From an uncultured Planctomycetia bacterium (GTDB lineage Bacteria; Planctomycetota; UBA8108; UBA1146): DNA of 64,000 bases. A program made the translations under genes and the position numbers. The notes under the pieces are model-generated. The model was not told the origin of the DNA, did not search any database, and was given only the letters and a program-made list of their open reading frames with translations. This document shows, in pieces, positions 27,176 through 37,544 of this stretch. Each line of letters opens with the position of its first letter. Positions within the stretch are counted from its first letter, which is position 1. The DNA is taken from the NCBI GenBank assembly GCA_964422295.1, contig CAYRAM010000015.1, positions 3,272 to 67,271 on the forward strand, read 5' to 3'.

Positions 27176-30010
27176 ATGAAATTCACGCTGGTTCAGCGAA
27201 ATTGTAAGAACTCTGTATCGATTGCAGCAAAGATCTGTTGCAGCAATCTTAGGGTAATTTCACGTTCAAGTTTTATATGGCTGGTATTGGCACTTTCCCT
27301 CGGGGTTCCTTCCCTTTCTGAAGCGGCCGGGAAACATCTGCGAAATTTTGCTCCAGGGCCGATCGCAGACTCTCTTGCTGCGGCGGCATTGGTCGATGCG
27401 ACCCACACCCTCGGGGGGCCGACAGCATCCACACTCGAATTGGATTGGGTGAGGGAAATCCCTGACCGCGGTGTTCAATTGGCGTGGAAACAATCGTTGG
27501 GTGGAATCCCTGTCCGCGAAGCGATCGGCCGTATGTGGTTGATTCCGGTGGGATCCGGTTCTTGGCAATGCCATTATCGGGCATTTTCATGTATTGCTTG
27601 GCAAGAGCCGCACTCACCAGATGCCCTCGTATCCGCAGATACTCTCGACCCCGGTCTTCAATTTTCGGGACGGATTTGGAGTAAACCAGTACTCGAGTAC
27701 GTGATGGGGGAAGGTACACAGGCTCAACTGGTCTGGGTCACCCATGGAACTTCTAGAGATGAGAGCCTCCACAGTACTTTACGGATCGATTTCTCTGCGC
27801 TGACCGGTGAAAGGTTGGCGGTGGAGGAAGTCGTTTGCTCACTCGATGTCAGTGGGTCGATCTTTGCCAATCGCACACAAGGCACTGGACCCCAGGGAAG
27901 CGCAGGGAACGGCATTCAGCCGACCAGCGGAGTGCGCGTCACTGGTGGAGGATCCGTGACCCATGCGGATGTCAATGGCGATTATTTCCTGTCTTCCGGT
28001 CAAACCAGTTATACGGTTCTTGCCGAACTCGAAGGAGTCTGGGGAAGCGTCAATAGTTCGGTTGCAGCAAATGTCACCGCTTCCGCACAAGCGAGTTCCG
28101 GCACCCTTGATATCGTCATGGATGGCAATGGAGATGCAAATCTCACTGCCCAATTGAATGCGTTTCATTATGTGGACCAAGGATATCGACTCTTCACTGA
28201 ATCTGCAGGAGGCTTTCCCGCCATGTCTACTCCTGTCAATGCGACGACGGGGATGGCCGGCACATGCAATGCTTTTTACGATCCATTCCTACAACTTCTG
28301 CGCTTTTTGCGGGCGGGCGGAAGTTGTGTAGACAGCGCATACTCCAGCGTTGTGCTCCATGAGTTTGGTCATCACGTCGTCAACTCCCTGAACTTGGCTC
28401 AGGGTGCCTTTGGAGAGGGATACGGAGATTCCCTTGCCATCGTCTTCCTTCAGGATGGGGTGATCGGAAGGGACTTTTCAGGGCCGGGAGGTCATGTTCG
28501 AAATGTTTCTGCCTCATCGGTGACCGTGCCGTGCACCTCCAGTATTCACTTCTGTGGACAGGCACTGGGGAAATTCTGGTTCGACCTAGGGAATAACTTG
28601 CGATCAGATCTCGGCAATGTGAGTGGTCAGCAAGCTCTCGAAGAACTTTTTGTCGATTGGTCCGCCCTAACGATAGGGGGGATCAATGGATATCCCATCC
28701 GCGATGAAATGGTGCTCGAAGTATTGATCGCAGACGACATCGACAACAATCTCGCTAATGGAACACCCCATTGGAACCAGATTTGTGCTGCCGCTACTAC
28801 AGGTGGATTGGCATGCCCCGATCTCTCTACCTTGATTTTGACCCTGTTGGCGGGGCCCGGTGAATTGATGGCACCACAAGTTCCTACGCCAGTGGCCTTC
28901 TCATGGGAAGGGATCTCCTCGAGTCCTGCTGCTGGTCAAGCAGAGATTCGCTACCGGGAGGTGGGCACAACCACTTGGCTCAGTGCACCGCTCGCAGTCG
29001 TTCCTAACTTCCGACTTGAGGGAGAAATCCCTCCGCAGAATTGCCTCGTTCCCCTTGAGTGGTATGCACGGGTTCCGGACCAGGGTGGCTTCGTTACCTT
29101 CTATCCACCGCTGGGCTCCAACCAACCGCTGTCGACAATGGTTGCTACTTCAATGATCTCAGTGCTGGAAGAGCCGCTCGCAAGTGATCCGGGGTGGAGT
29201 ACATCTTTGCCTTCAGATACTGCGCTCACGGGACGATGGGAGTACGGAGTTCCCAATGGAACTGCGGCACAAGCCTCTTCGGGGGTGGCTTCCAGCGCAG
29301 GTGATTCAGCGGGATACTTCACAGGTCTTGGATTACCGGGTGGGACGATCGGTGCGGATGACATCGATTTTGGTGATACCACACTGACCTCGACCAATTT
29401 CCTCTTGGACCCATCACTTCTCTATGAAGTGAGTTACTGGCGATGGTTCTGCAATAATGCGTCAGCCAGCACACCCGATGACATCCTGACCGTTTCGTTG
29501 AGTCTCGATGGAGGCAGTTCTTGGGCGGTGATCGAGGAGATCGGCCCGGGACATCCCCATGCGGGGGGAGGGTGGTTCAAAAACTCATTTGCGATAGAGC
29601 CGGGGAGTTCGCCAGGGAACATCTTCCAATTGCGATTCCATACCGGAGATTTGGGAGCCGGGAGTATCGTTGAAGCAGGGGTCGATCTCATCGAGGTCCA
29701 AACCGTCGATTGCGAGACCACCGGGCCTCAACCCGTGGATAACGACTTCATTTCCTCTGATTGCAACGGTGACGGTGTCCATGACTTGAGTGACGTGGTG
29801 CAGGTTCTGGAGGTATTGTTTGGTGTTACCGTCGACTTTTCCTGCGAGGACGCATGTGATTCAGACGATAACGGACAGATTGATATCAGCGACGCCATTC
29901 TCTTGCTTCAAGCGCTCTTCGAAGGGGTCGGTCCCACTCTGAATGGGGTTTGTGGACCGGATTTGACGACCGATGGACTTGACTGTCAGAACTTTCCATC
30001 CTGTCCTTGA
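27176..30010 (+). CDS. Secreted gluzincin (M36/M4-like) metallopeptidase with propeptide, MAM-like beta-sandwich and C-terminal dockerin-like domain
   Basis: TCNAFYD, VVLHEFGH, GEGYGD, YWRWF, IVEAGVD, C-terminal DCNGDGVHDLSD...DSDDNGQIDISDA...CGPD...C...CP. Start uncertain (ORF track 27086). Confidence 0.8.
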   Translation: MKFTLVQRNCKNSVSIAAKICCSNLRVISRSSFIWLVLALSLGVPSLSEAAGKHLRNFAPGPIADSLAAAALVDATHTLGGPTASTLELDWVREIPDRGVQLAWKQSLGGIPVREAIGRMWLIPVGSGSWQCHYRAFSCIAWQEPHSPDALVSADTLDPGLQFSGRIWSKPVLEYVMGEGTQAQLVWVTHGTSRDESLHSTLRIDFSALTGERLAVEEVVCSLDVSGSIFANRTQGTGPQGSAGNGIQPTSGVRVTGGGSVTHADVNGDYFLSSGQTSYTVLAELEGVWGSVNSSVAANVTASAQASSGTLDIVMDGNGDANLTAQLNAFHYVDQGYRLFTESAGGFPAMSTPVNATTGMAGTCNAFYDPFLQLLRFLRAGGSCVDSAYSSVVLHEFGHHVVNSLNLAQGAFGEGYGDSLAIVFLQDGVIGRDFSGPGGHVRNVSASSVTVPCTSSIHFCGQALGKFWFDLGNNLRSDLGNVSGQQALEELFVDWSALTIGGINGYPIRDEMVLEVLIADDIDNNLANGTPHWNQICAAATTGGLACPDLSTLILTLLAGPGELMAPQVPTPVAFSWEGISSSPAAGQAEIRYREVGTTTWLSAPLAVVPNFRLEGEIPPQNCLVPLEWYARVPDQGGFVTFYPPLGSNQPLSTMVATSMISVLEEPLASDPGWSTSLPSDTALTGRWEYGVPNGTAAQASSGVASSAGDSAGYFTGLGLPGGTIGADDIDFGDTTLTSTNFLLDPSLLYEVSYWRWFCNNASASTPDDILTVSLSLDGGSSWAVIEEIGPGHPHAGGGWFKNSFAIEPGSSPGNIFQLRFHTGDLGAGSIVEAGVDLIEVQTVDCETTGPQPVDNDFISSDCNGDGVHDLSDVVQVLEVLFGVTVDFSCEDACDSDDNGQIDISDAILLLQALFEGVGPTLNGVCGPDLTTDGLDCQNFPSCP

Positions 30011-30354
30011 CGATCAGAATGCATGAAAGTATGGATGCATTTGTCTAATAATCCCCAACTCCCGAGGCGTAGGTACTATTCCATCCCCTCCGCAGGCTTT
30101 ATCATTGAGGGCGGTACACATTACCGAATTTGACAACAAATGTTTGATCCCTTTGACTACTGAGATGGACGCTTCACCGGGTAGATTCCGGGATGACTTA
30201 TCCTTGCGATATTTCTGGTGCAGCAATAGTTGCAATAGCCTTTGCTTCTACTTCCTAAAGTTCACGGGATCAGTCATAGATTTCCCTCCATGTGTGCCTT
30301 GTGTTGCTGGTTGTAATTCTACAAATGGTTAATACAGCGAGGTGGGGGGAAGGC

Positions 30355-33339
30355 ATGAAGATGGATCAAACGGGATCCTCTAGTTTGAACGATTTCGTTC
30401 AGGATGCGACCGAGGTGCGGACGTGGAGAAGCCGAGTGCTTCTTGCGATCAGTATCCTGTTGATTTCGCCATTCATGAGTGGCGTCATTTCAGCCCAGGA
30501 AGTTTCAGAATCGTCCGAATGGCCCGAGCGACCTCATGCCGAAGAAGTCGATACATCCCTGCGACATTTTCTTCAATTGCGCCCACAGGTACTGGCAGAG
30601 CGGGATGAGTTCGGCCGTCTCTACCTTTTCGGTGCTCCCTTGGCTTGGGGGCCTACCGATGAAGAATTAATCCGAAGTTTTCTTCACGATCACGCCACTC
30701 TGTTCGGGATCGCGGCCGACGATGTGGAGTTGATCTTTGCGACCGATCTTCTCACAAGGGATGCGACTGTTCTTGCATATCGACAGGTGAGGGATGGAAT
30801 CCCGGTCGAACACAGTGCCCTTCGATTTCTGACTCGGCCTGACTCCGAGACGGGTGAAAGGGTGCTAGTTTACGCAGCAGGACACATTGCATTGGAGCCT
30901 GTTGGTGGATTTGCCGAAGTCCAAATTGATAGTGAAACCGCTCTTCAGAGAGCCCAATCCCAGTGGAGGGGCTCAAGCGATTTGAAGTGGCAACCTGCCC
31001 GCTTGGTCATCGAGGCGAGTGCTTCTCGCCGCAGTGAGAGTCGCTTGGTTTACCGGATCGTTGCAACAGGGATGCGCCCCGAACAGGTCGAGGATTGGGC
31101 GATCACTGTGGATCCGGAGAGTGGGCAAATCATCGAGGTCAAGAACCAGATCCTCCACGTCGATGTCGAGGGCAATGTCTCTGCTCAGGCGACGACCGGG
31201 GATGAGCCTGATACCGCGACCAATCCGCCACAGTCGGTACCCCTAGAAGGGCTCAACGTCTCCATTTCTGGAGGTGCAAGCGCGGTTTCCCAAGCAGGAG
31301 GAGACTTTGTCATTCCCCATGGTGGAGTGGATCCTGTGCAGGTGCTGGCAAACCTCACGGGACAGTGGTGCTCAGTGATCAACATCGATGGTGCAAATCT
31401 ATCTTCCTCGTCGACGGTGACTCCCCCGGGCCCTGCAAATCTGGTGATGAATCCGGTCTACGATCCGAAGACATTGGCGGAGGTCAACGCCTACCTTTAC
31501 ACCCATTTGACCCATGACTTTATTCGGTCGAGAACGACGGGTGTCCCGGGCATCGATGTTCCCATCACCGCAAATGTCAACATCCTCGATACCTGCAATG
31601 CGTTTTTTAGCCCTGGTGAACAAAGCATCAATTTCTTCCAAGAGGGAGGAGGATGCGTCAACACCAGTTTCGCCAGTGTGGTTGCTCATGAGTATGGCCA
31701 CTTCATCGTCAATCGCCTGGGACTTGCTCAAGGGGGATTCGGTGAAGGTTATTCGGATGTCGTCAGTATGCTTCAATTTGATGATCCGATCATCGGTCGA
31801 GGATTTCTCGGCCCTGGAACCCAGGTCAGGGATCCGGTCGCAGCAAATATCCAGTACCCCTGTCCGAGCACATCAGTTCACACCTGTGGACAGATACTCG
31901 GTTCAGTCTTCTGGTTGATCCGGGAAGGATTCGGAACGTTGCTGGGATCCCAGCAGGGCTTGGAAGTCACTCAACAGCTCTTCGTCGATTGGTCATTGGT
32001 AACCATCGGTGGTGTGGGTGACTCCAGTGCGCATCCGGAGACAGCCATTGAGATTTTGACTCTGGATGACAACGACGGGAATCTTGGGAATGGAACCCCC
32101 AACTTTCAGATGCTCTGCGATGTCTTCACCAACCATTCCATCGATTGCCCAATTCCACCTCCGTTGACGCTGGTGCTCCCGGAGGGTTTGCCGGGGAACC
32201 TGGCTCCCAATGTCGCAGAATCGATCAGGATCTCTGCCCTCCCTGGAACGACGCAGGTGGACACCGGATCTGGACAATTGATCTTCCGGCAGGGAAGCAC
32301 AGGAATCTTCAGTATCGCTCCCTTGTCTTGGCAAGGTGGAGCCGATTTTATTGCCGATCTCCCTGGCCAGGGTTGTGGTGAGCCTGTGGAACTCTACTTC
32401 CGCTTCCTCGACCTTCAGGGAACGGAGCATCTGTTGCCTTCCGAGGGATCGAATTCCCCCTTCAGCCTTGAGGTGATCAGTCAATTCCAGGTGACCTTCA
32501 GTGACGACATGGAAACCGATACCGGTTGGTCGGTGGGTGAGCCCACCGATACAGCGACCACAGGAATGTGGGTGCGGGTTGATCCGATAGGAACCGCTGC
32601 GCAACCCAATGGCGGCCATGGGACAGGTGGTGGTTTGGCGTGGATTACCGGACAGGGTACGGTGGGTGGGTCATTGGGTGAAAATGACGTCGACGGTGGA
32701 GAAACGACTTTGAAGTCACCGGTGTTTGATTTGTCCGGATTTGTCAATGCGATCGACCCCGTGGAGATCTCCTATTGGCGTTGGTTTTCCAATGGCACTG
32801 GCGCATCTCCGTACACCGATACTGCTCGCATCGAGATCACGAACGATTTGACCACATGGGTGCCGGTAGAGGTACTTGGGCCTCTGAGTGGTCCTGATAC
32901 CAATGGCGGCTGGGTTTTCCATTCATTTGATATCACCACTTTCGTTCCCTTCTCGTCGACGATGCAAATGAGATTTGCCGCTTCTGACAATGACCAGGGA
33001 TCCATCGTTGAGATGGCCATCGATGATTTTCAAATCTCGCAGAAGATTTGCTTTGAAGGCCCCATCTTCAGGCGAGGAGATGCCAATGCGGATGGAAGTG
33101 TCGATGTATCCGATGCTGTGATGGTACTTCAGTATCTGTTTGAGGGTGCTGTCCTCACTTGTATCGATTCAGCCGATATTGGGGACAATGGAAGTGTCAA
33201 TATCGCTGATCCGGTGGGGATCGTCGGGTTTCTCTTTGGGGGTGGAGCACCACCGGCTGAGCCATATCCTGCATGTGGAATCGATCCCACGGACACCGAT
33301 GGATTGCCGGATTGCCAGTCGCACACAAATTGCCCCTGA
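30355..33339 (+). CDS. Paralogous secreted gluzincin metallopeptidase (FTP/PepSY-like propeptide, MAM-like, dockerin-like)
   Basis: YRQVRDGIPVEHS propeptide, TCNAFFS, VVAHEYGH, GEGYSD, ISYWRWF, IVEMAIDD, FRRGDANADGSVDVSDA...CGIDPT...CP. ATG 30355. Confidence 0.85.
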   Translation: MKMDQTGSSSLNDFVQDATEVRTWRSRVLLAISILLISPFMSGVISAQEVSESSEWPERPHAEEVDTSLRHFLQLRPQVLAERDEFGRLYLFGAPLAWGPTDEELIRSFLHDHATLFGIAADDVELIFATDLLTRDATVLAYRQVRDGIPVEHSALRFLTRPDSETGERVLVYAAGHIALEPVGGFAEVQIDSETALQRAQSQWRGSSDLKWQPARLVIEASASRRSESRLVYRIVATGMRPEQVEDWAITVDPESGQIIEVKNQILHVDVEGNVSAQATTGDEPDTATNPPQSVPLEGLNVSISGGASAVSQAGGDFVIPHGGVDPVQVLANLTGQWCSVINIDGANLSSSSTVTPPGPANLVMNPVYDPKTLAEVNAYLYTHLTHDFIRSRTTGVPGIDVPITANVNILDTCNAFFSPGEQSINFFQEGGGCVNTSFASVVAHEYGHFIVNRLGLAQGGFGEGYSDVVSMLQFDDPIIGRGFLGPGTQVRDPVAANIQYPCPSTSVHTCGQILGSVFWLIREGFGTLLGSQQGLEVTQQLFVDWSLVTIGGVGDSSAHPETAIEILTLDDNDGNLGNGTPNFQMLCDVFTNHSIDCPIPPPLTLVLPEGLPGNLAPNVAESIRISALPGTTQVDTGSGQLIFRQGSTGIFSIAPLSWQGGADFIADLPGQGCGEPVELYFRFLDLQGTEHLLPSEGSNSPFSLEVISQFQVTFSDDMETDTGWSVGEPTDTATTGMWVRVDPIGTAAQPNGGHGTGGGLAWITGQGTVGGSLGENDVDGGETTLKSPVFDLSGFVNAIDPVEISYWRWFSNGTGASPYTDTARIEITNDLTTWVPVEVLGPLSGPDTNGGWVFHSFDITTFVPFSSTMQMRFAASDNDQGSIVEMAIDDFQISQKICFEGPIFRRGDANADGSVDVSDAVMVLQYLFEGAVLTCIDSADIGDNGSVNIADPVGIVGFLFGGGAPPAEPYPACGIDPTDTDGLPDCQSHTNCP

Positions 33340-33367
33340 TTCAGGACATGACACTGATGGAATCACC

Positions 33368-33763
33368 TCAATTGGGTTCAGCGTTTCGAATGCGCTGAGC
33401 CCAGTTGGGGAACTCCTCGGTGTCAAATTCACACGGCTGGGGAAATGGGATCTCTTCTGCAGAGTCGGTTGGGATCAGGTGTACGTGAACATGGGGAACC
33501 TCCCAGCCGATCACCATGATGACGACCCGTTCACATTGGGTTGCCGCCTTTAATTTGCCAGCAACCTGGTGAACTGCCTTCCACAACTTCGCATGATTCT
33601 CTGCAGACATCTCGGTGATGTGACTGATCTCCTCTTTGGGGATGACCAGGCAATGCCCCGGTTTCACCGGCCTGATGTCGAGAAAAGCGAGGTGATCTGC
33701 GTCTTGCCAAACTTCGTGGCATGGGATCTCTCCGTGAATTATTTTGGAAAAAACACTGGGCAT
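33368..33763 (-). CDS. HIT family protein
   Basis: SVFSKIIHGEIPC, AFLDIRP..PGHCLVIPK, EVPHVHVHLIP. Confidence 0.95.
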   Translation of the reverse strand: MPSVFSKIIHGEIPCHEVWQDADHLAFLDIRPVKPGHCLVIPKEEISHITEMSAENHAKLWKAVHQVAGKLKAATQCERVVIMVIGWEVPHVHVHLIPTDSAEEIPFPQPCEFDTEEFPNWAQRIRNAEPN

Positions 33764-33765
33764 GA

Positions 33766-34209
33766 TCAGTTTCCCCATCCTTCATATTTCGAAATAGTTG
33801 AACGAAAACTCTCGGGTACTTCGATGGGTTTGAAGTTTTCATCGATTGCACAATGAGTTGTCCAACCAGTGGCGATCAAACGGTTTTCGCTTTTGTGGCG
33901 TATTTTGACAGCAAATGTGAACGAACTGTTGCGGATTTCCTGGGTACAAACATCGACGGATAGGATGTCGTGAAGACGTGCAGGCGATTTGAAATCTAAG
34001 TGTGCACTGACGACGACATTTTCAAAATCCCGGATGGGTCTCAACCCCTCGGCCAAGCCCAGATTGAGGAGGTATTCCACACGACCGACTTCAAGGTAGG
34101 TGAAGTAATTTCCATGGAACACGATTCCCATGGCATCCGTTTCAGGAAGTCGGACTTTGACCGGGGTGCTGAAATGGTATTCCAGGTCAGCGACGGACCT
34201 TTGCTTCAT
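33766..34209 (-). CDS. Acyl-CoA thioesterase (YbgC/FadM hotdog family)
   Basis: VRLPETDAMGIVFHGNYFTYLEVGR, LDFKSPARLHD. Confidence 0.92.
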   Translation of the reverse strand: MKQRSVADLEYHFSTPVKVRLPETDAMGIVFHGNYFTYLEVGRVEYLLNLGLAEGLRPIRDFENVVVSAHLDFKSPARLHDILSVDVCTQEIRNSSFTFAVKIRHKSENRLIATGWTTHCAIDENFKPIEVPESFRSTISKYEGWGN

Positions 34210-34398
34210 GTTTGGGTCGGGAGAATTCAATCGACATCTCCGATCTGGTTAGTCTATCCCATTTGAAATCTCTGGTGCACGTGTCATCATTCGGGCGCTG
34301 CAGTTCCAAAAACGACTTGGGAGGCTAAGCTCTCCAAGTCAGTGGATGACATCACAGGATGACCTGAATCGGAAGCCAATTTTAATTCCGGAGGTAAT

Positions 34399-35067
34399 TT
34401 GCCGAGCGAGTCGGAAGAGAACTACCTGAGGGCAATTTGGAAACTGGCAGGAGATGATCCTGACGAGTGGATTCCTACGGGGATGGTCGCTGAAAGGGTG
34501 GGGGTTTCCCCGCCATCTGCAACCAGCATGGTTCAACAATTGTGCGAGAGAGGTTGGCTCAATCACAAGAGATACCACGGTGTTTGTCTGACCGCTGAGG
34601 GTCGGGAGTTGGCTTTGCAAACAGTGCGAAGGCATCGCATTCTCGAAACATATCTCGCCAAAATTCTCGAAGTTCCTTGGGACAAGGTTGATTCAGAGGT
34701 GGAGCGCCTCGAGCACTCAGTCAGCGAGGAACTGATCTGCAGAATGGAAGAAGCACTCGATTTTCCCGATCGGGATCCACACGGGTCCCCGATTCCAGAT
34801 CGTCAGGGGAATCTGCCAAGTTCCAAGGACTTGTATTTGTTTCAGGCTCCCCTGTCCATCCCATTGGAGGTGGTCAGGGTGGTCGATGCACTGCCGGAAG
34901 TGTTGAACTGGCTCGGTGAGAGGGGTGTCAAGCCTGGAGTCACGGTGACTATTGAATCAAGGGAGCCTGGCGGGGGGCCCGTTTTATTGGGAGTCCCGGA
35001 TGGTGACCGGTCATTTGCGATCAGTGGGGAGTTGGCCAGATCCATCTGCGTCAAGGAAATCAACTGA
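34399..35067 (+). CDS. mntR: DtxR/MntR/TroR family metal-dependent transcriptional repressor with FeoA domain
   Basis: SEENYLRAIW, VSPPSATSMV, LTAEG...VRRHRILETYL, EVERLEH, DPHGSPIP; TTG start after GGAGG. Confidence 0.93.
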   Translation: MPSESEENYLRAIWKLAGDDPDEWIPTGMVAERVGVSPPSATSMVQQLCERGWLNHKRYHGVCLTAEGRELALQTVRRHRILETYLAKILEVPWDKVDSEVERLEHSVSEELICRMEEALDFPDRDPHGSPIPDRQGNLPSSKDLYLFQAPLSIPLEVVRVVDALPEVLNWLGERGVKPGVTVTIESREPGGGPVLLGVPDGDRSFAISGELARSICVKEIN

Positions 35068-36336
35068 TGGATCAGATTCATCAGAGTTGTGTATTTTTTC
35101 AGGAGGATGATGCTGTTGAGAGGAAGTGACGTCCTCGTCCTCGAGCATGACCATCAGGGATTCGTCCAAGTGGTGCTCGATCCGATGGGCAGGCTCTTCC
35201 AGGTGATCCGGAGGAAGGCCCAATCGTTCCGCAGCAAATCTTTGCCAGAGGCTACGTTTGCGCAGCAGCGTCTTGGCGATCCTTTTTCCTCGCCCTTGAG
35301 GTATTCCATTGCGAATGAAACCCATTAATCCCAACTGAAGGTATGCAAACCCTGAGATGCTGACCAGACCCGGTGATGCCAGTTTTTCTCCGGTGTTTGC
35401 GAGTTGGAGTGCATCTGCGAGAAGATCTTCTCTTGCAACTCTCAATCTCCACAAGAGCAATCTCGAAGCAACAGGGATGACTCCGCGGTTTGGCGCAAAA
35501 ATTACACAGACAAGCAACAGCACACCAGCAGTGACAGCGATCATTCCCGGTACGTTTGTGTCCACAAAATGAATGGCAGCAAATGTACCCAGCAAAGCAG
35601 ATATGACCCCAGTCAACCCACTGACCAGCATCATTGCTCCAAATCGGTCACAGAGAATGCCGGCGATGGTCGGCGGTACCGCAATCATCGCCACGACCAG
35701 AATCGAACCAACCGCTTCGAAACATGACACTGCAGTAATTGCGACAAGGATGAGAAGTCCGCGTTCCAGGGTTCTCACCGGCAGGCCCATCGACCTGGCG
35801 AGAACGGGATCGAACGCACAGATCTTCCATTCTTTCCAAAAAATGAGCAGAGCGGTCAAGTTGAGAAGGAGTGCCAGTGAGATTGAGACGATGGATCTTG
35901 GGAGGGAATATCCAAAGACATCCATCCTTTGAAAGTGAGTAAACTCGATCAGGCCATGCAATACGCAACTGGGATCGAGGTCGATTTCACGGGTGTACAT
36001 TTCAATCAGAATGATCCCCCCTGAAAACAGGGTTGTGAAAACAACTCCAAGGGCTGCTCCCCCGTCCATTTCTGCGCGATCTCTCAACCACTCTGCCACC
36101 AGCGAAAGGAACAAGGCTGCGATGACTGCGCCTGTAAACATGGGAGCGACTTCTCTGCTTCCCGTGAAAATGAAACCGATGATGAGCCCAGGAACAACTC
36201 CATGGGCGATAGCGTCACCGAGCATGGCGCGATTTCTCAAAGTCAGGTGGACCCCTACGATGGAGCAGGAAAGTGCCGCCAGAACAGCGACGATATAAAT
36301 GTCCAGCATCGCAGGGTTGAGCAGGATCTCCATCAT
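35011..36336 (-). CDS. Mn/Zn/Fe ABC transporter permease (TroD-like) with C-terminal DtxR-like tail
   Basis: AMLGDAIAHGVVPG, EAVGSILVVAMIAVPP; tail RKRSLWQRFAAERLGL...AHRIEHHL. Confidence 0.9.
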   Translation of the reverse strand: MMEILLNPAMLDIYIVAVLAALSCSIVGVHLTLRNRAMLGDAIAHGVVPGLIIGFIFTGSREVAPMFTGAVIAALFLSLVAEWLRDRAEMDGGAALGVVFTTLFSGGIILIEMYTREIDLDPSCVLHGLIEFTHFQRMDVFGYSLPRSIVSISLALLLNLTALLIFWKEWKICAFDPVLARSMGLPVRTLERGLLILVAITAVSCFEAVGSILVVAMIAVPPTIAGILCDRFGAMMLVSGLTGVISALLGTFAAIHFVDTNVPGMIAVTAGVLLLVCVIFAPNRGVIPVASRLLLWRLRVAREDLLADALQLANTGEKLASPGLVSISGFAYLQLGLMGFIRNGIPQGRGKRIAKTLLRKRSLWQRFAAERLGLPPDHLEEPAHRIEHHLDESLMVMLEDEDVTSSQQHHPPEKIHNSDESDPSVDFLDADGSGQLPTDRK

Positions 36337-37544
36337 GGAGAGTCACCGAGGTTTTTGGGTATCTCCCTGCTCCTGCGGTCGAGTAATTTTTCGATATCTT
36401 CCTCGTCGAGGTCGATCAAATTACGATCGATTTCTGCTGCGCTGTCGAGCCACTCTATCCAACGATTTCGTGCCGAGATTGATCGCTCTGCCCGGCTGAT
36501 CCCTTTGGGTGTCAATTTCAGATGGGTGCCCGCCTGTTCCACATATCCAGACAAGATGCATAACCGCAATGCAGATACACTTGCTCCCAAAGAGCCGGCT
36601 AGAATTCTTTCGCGGGCAACGAAGTCGTTCCCGCTGTACAGATTTTCATGGAGAAAAATCAGGATCCGCTGCATTTCCCTCCGCTGTTGTCGGCGTATCC
36701 ATCTCAGCCTCCTTCCGAGCAATCCTTTGTGTGGAGCGATGACCAATGAGATTGCAAACAAGGTTGCGGAGCAGAGAACGATGACTGGGCCAGTGGGCAG
36801 GTCCAAGCGCTGTGAACTCAGCAAAGTCCCCGAGATCCCTGCGAGGGCACCCAAGAATGCGCTGATGGCGAGAAGGTGAGTGAATCGATCAGTCCAAAAT
36901 CGTGCTGTGGCCGGAGGTATTACAACGAGTGCAGCGGTCAGTACCACTCCAACCGCGGGGAGAGAGATGACGATTGTGATCGCCAATAAGAGCATGACCA
37001 ATAGATCGATAATCCCCATCGACAGTCCGGTTCCCTTGCCAAAGGTGCTGTCGAAGCAGCTGACCAAAAACTCTTTGTGCAAGAGAACCATCAATGCACT
37101 GACAATGACTGCAACAACCGTAATCGTGATCGCTTCCTGTTGCAGCATTCCGGCTGCTTGCCCGAAGAGGAAGTGATCGAGACCTGCAGAATATGCGCCC
37201 GGGCTAGATCTTTGAGCGATACTCAACAGTGCAATCCCCGACCCAAAAAATATCCCGAGTATCGATGCGGTTGCGGTGTCTGGCCTGATTCTGGTCAAGA
37301 CAGGGAGCCGCGAGACGAGGACAGCGGCAAGCAGTGTCGTGAGGAGTGCTCCAGCACCCAAGGCCCAATATTCTTGGCTTCCTGCGATCAAGAAACCGAG
37401 AACGATTCCTGGCAAGGTGGAGTGGGCAAGTGCGTCAGCCAGGAGTGCCCGCTTTCGCAACAAGAGCAGACTCCCTACCAGCCCACAGCATAGTCCGAGA
37501 GTGGATGTTCCTACGAGGACGACAAGGGTATTGGGAAGAATCAC
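36333..37544 (-). CDS. Mn/Zn/Fe ABC transporter permease (TroC-like) with C-terminal winged-helix tail
   Basis: ALLADALAHSTLPG, LFGQAA, AVGVVLTAALVVIPPATAR; tail GYVEQ...LKLTPKG..RAERSISARNRW. Confidence 0.9.
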   Translation of the reverse strand: MILPNTLVVLVGTSTLGLCCGLVGSLLLLRKRALLADALAHSTLPGIVLGFLIAGSQEYWALGAGALLTTLLAAVLVSRLPVLTRIRPDTATASILGIFFGSGIALLSIAQRSSPGAYSAGLDHFLFGQAAGMLQQEAITITVVAVIVSALMVLLHKEFLVSCFDSTFGKGTGLSMGIIDLLVMLLLAITIVISLPAVGVVLTAALVVIPPATARFWTDRFTHLLAISAFLGALAGISGTLLSSQRLDLPTGPVIVLCSATLFAISLVIAPHKGLLGRRLRWIRRQQRREMQRILIFLHENLYSGNDFVARERILAGSLGASVSALRLCILSGYVEQAGTHLKLTPKGISRAERSISARNRWIEWLDSAAEIDRNLIDLDEEDIEKLLDRRSREIPKNLGDSP

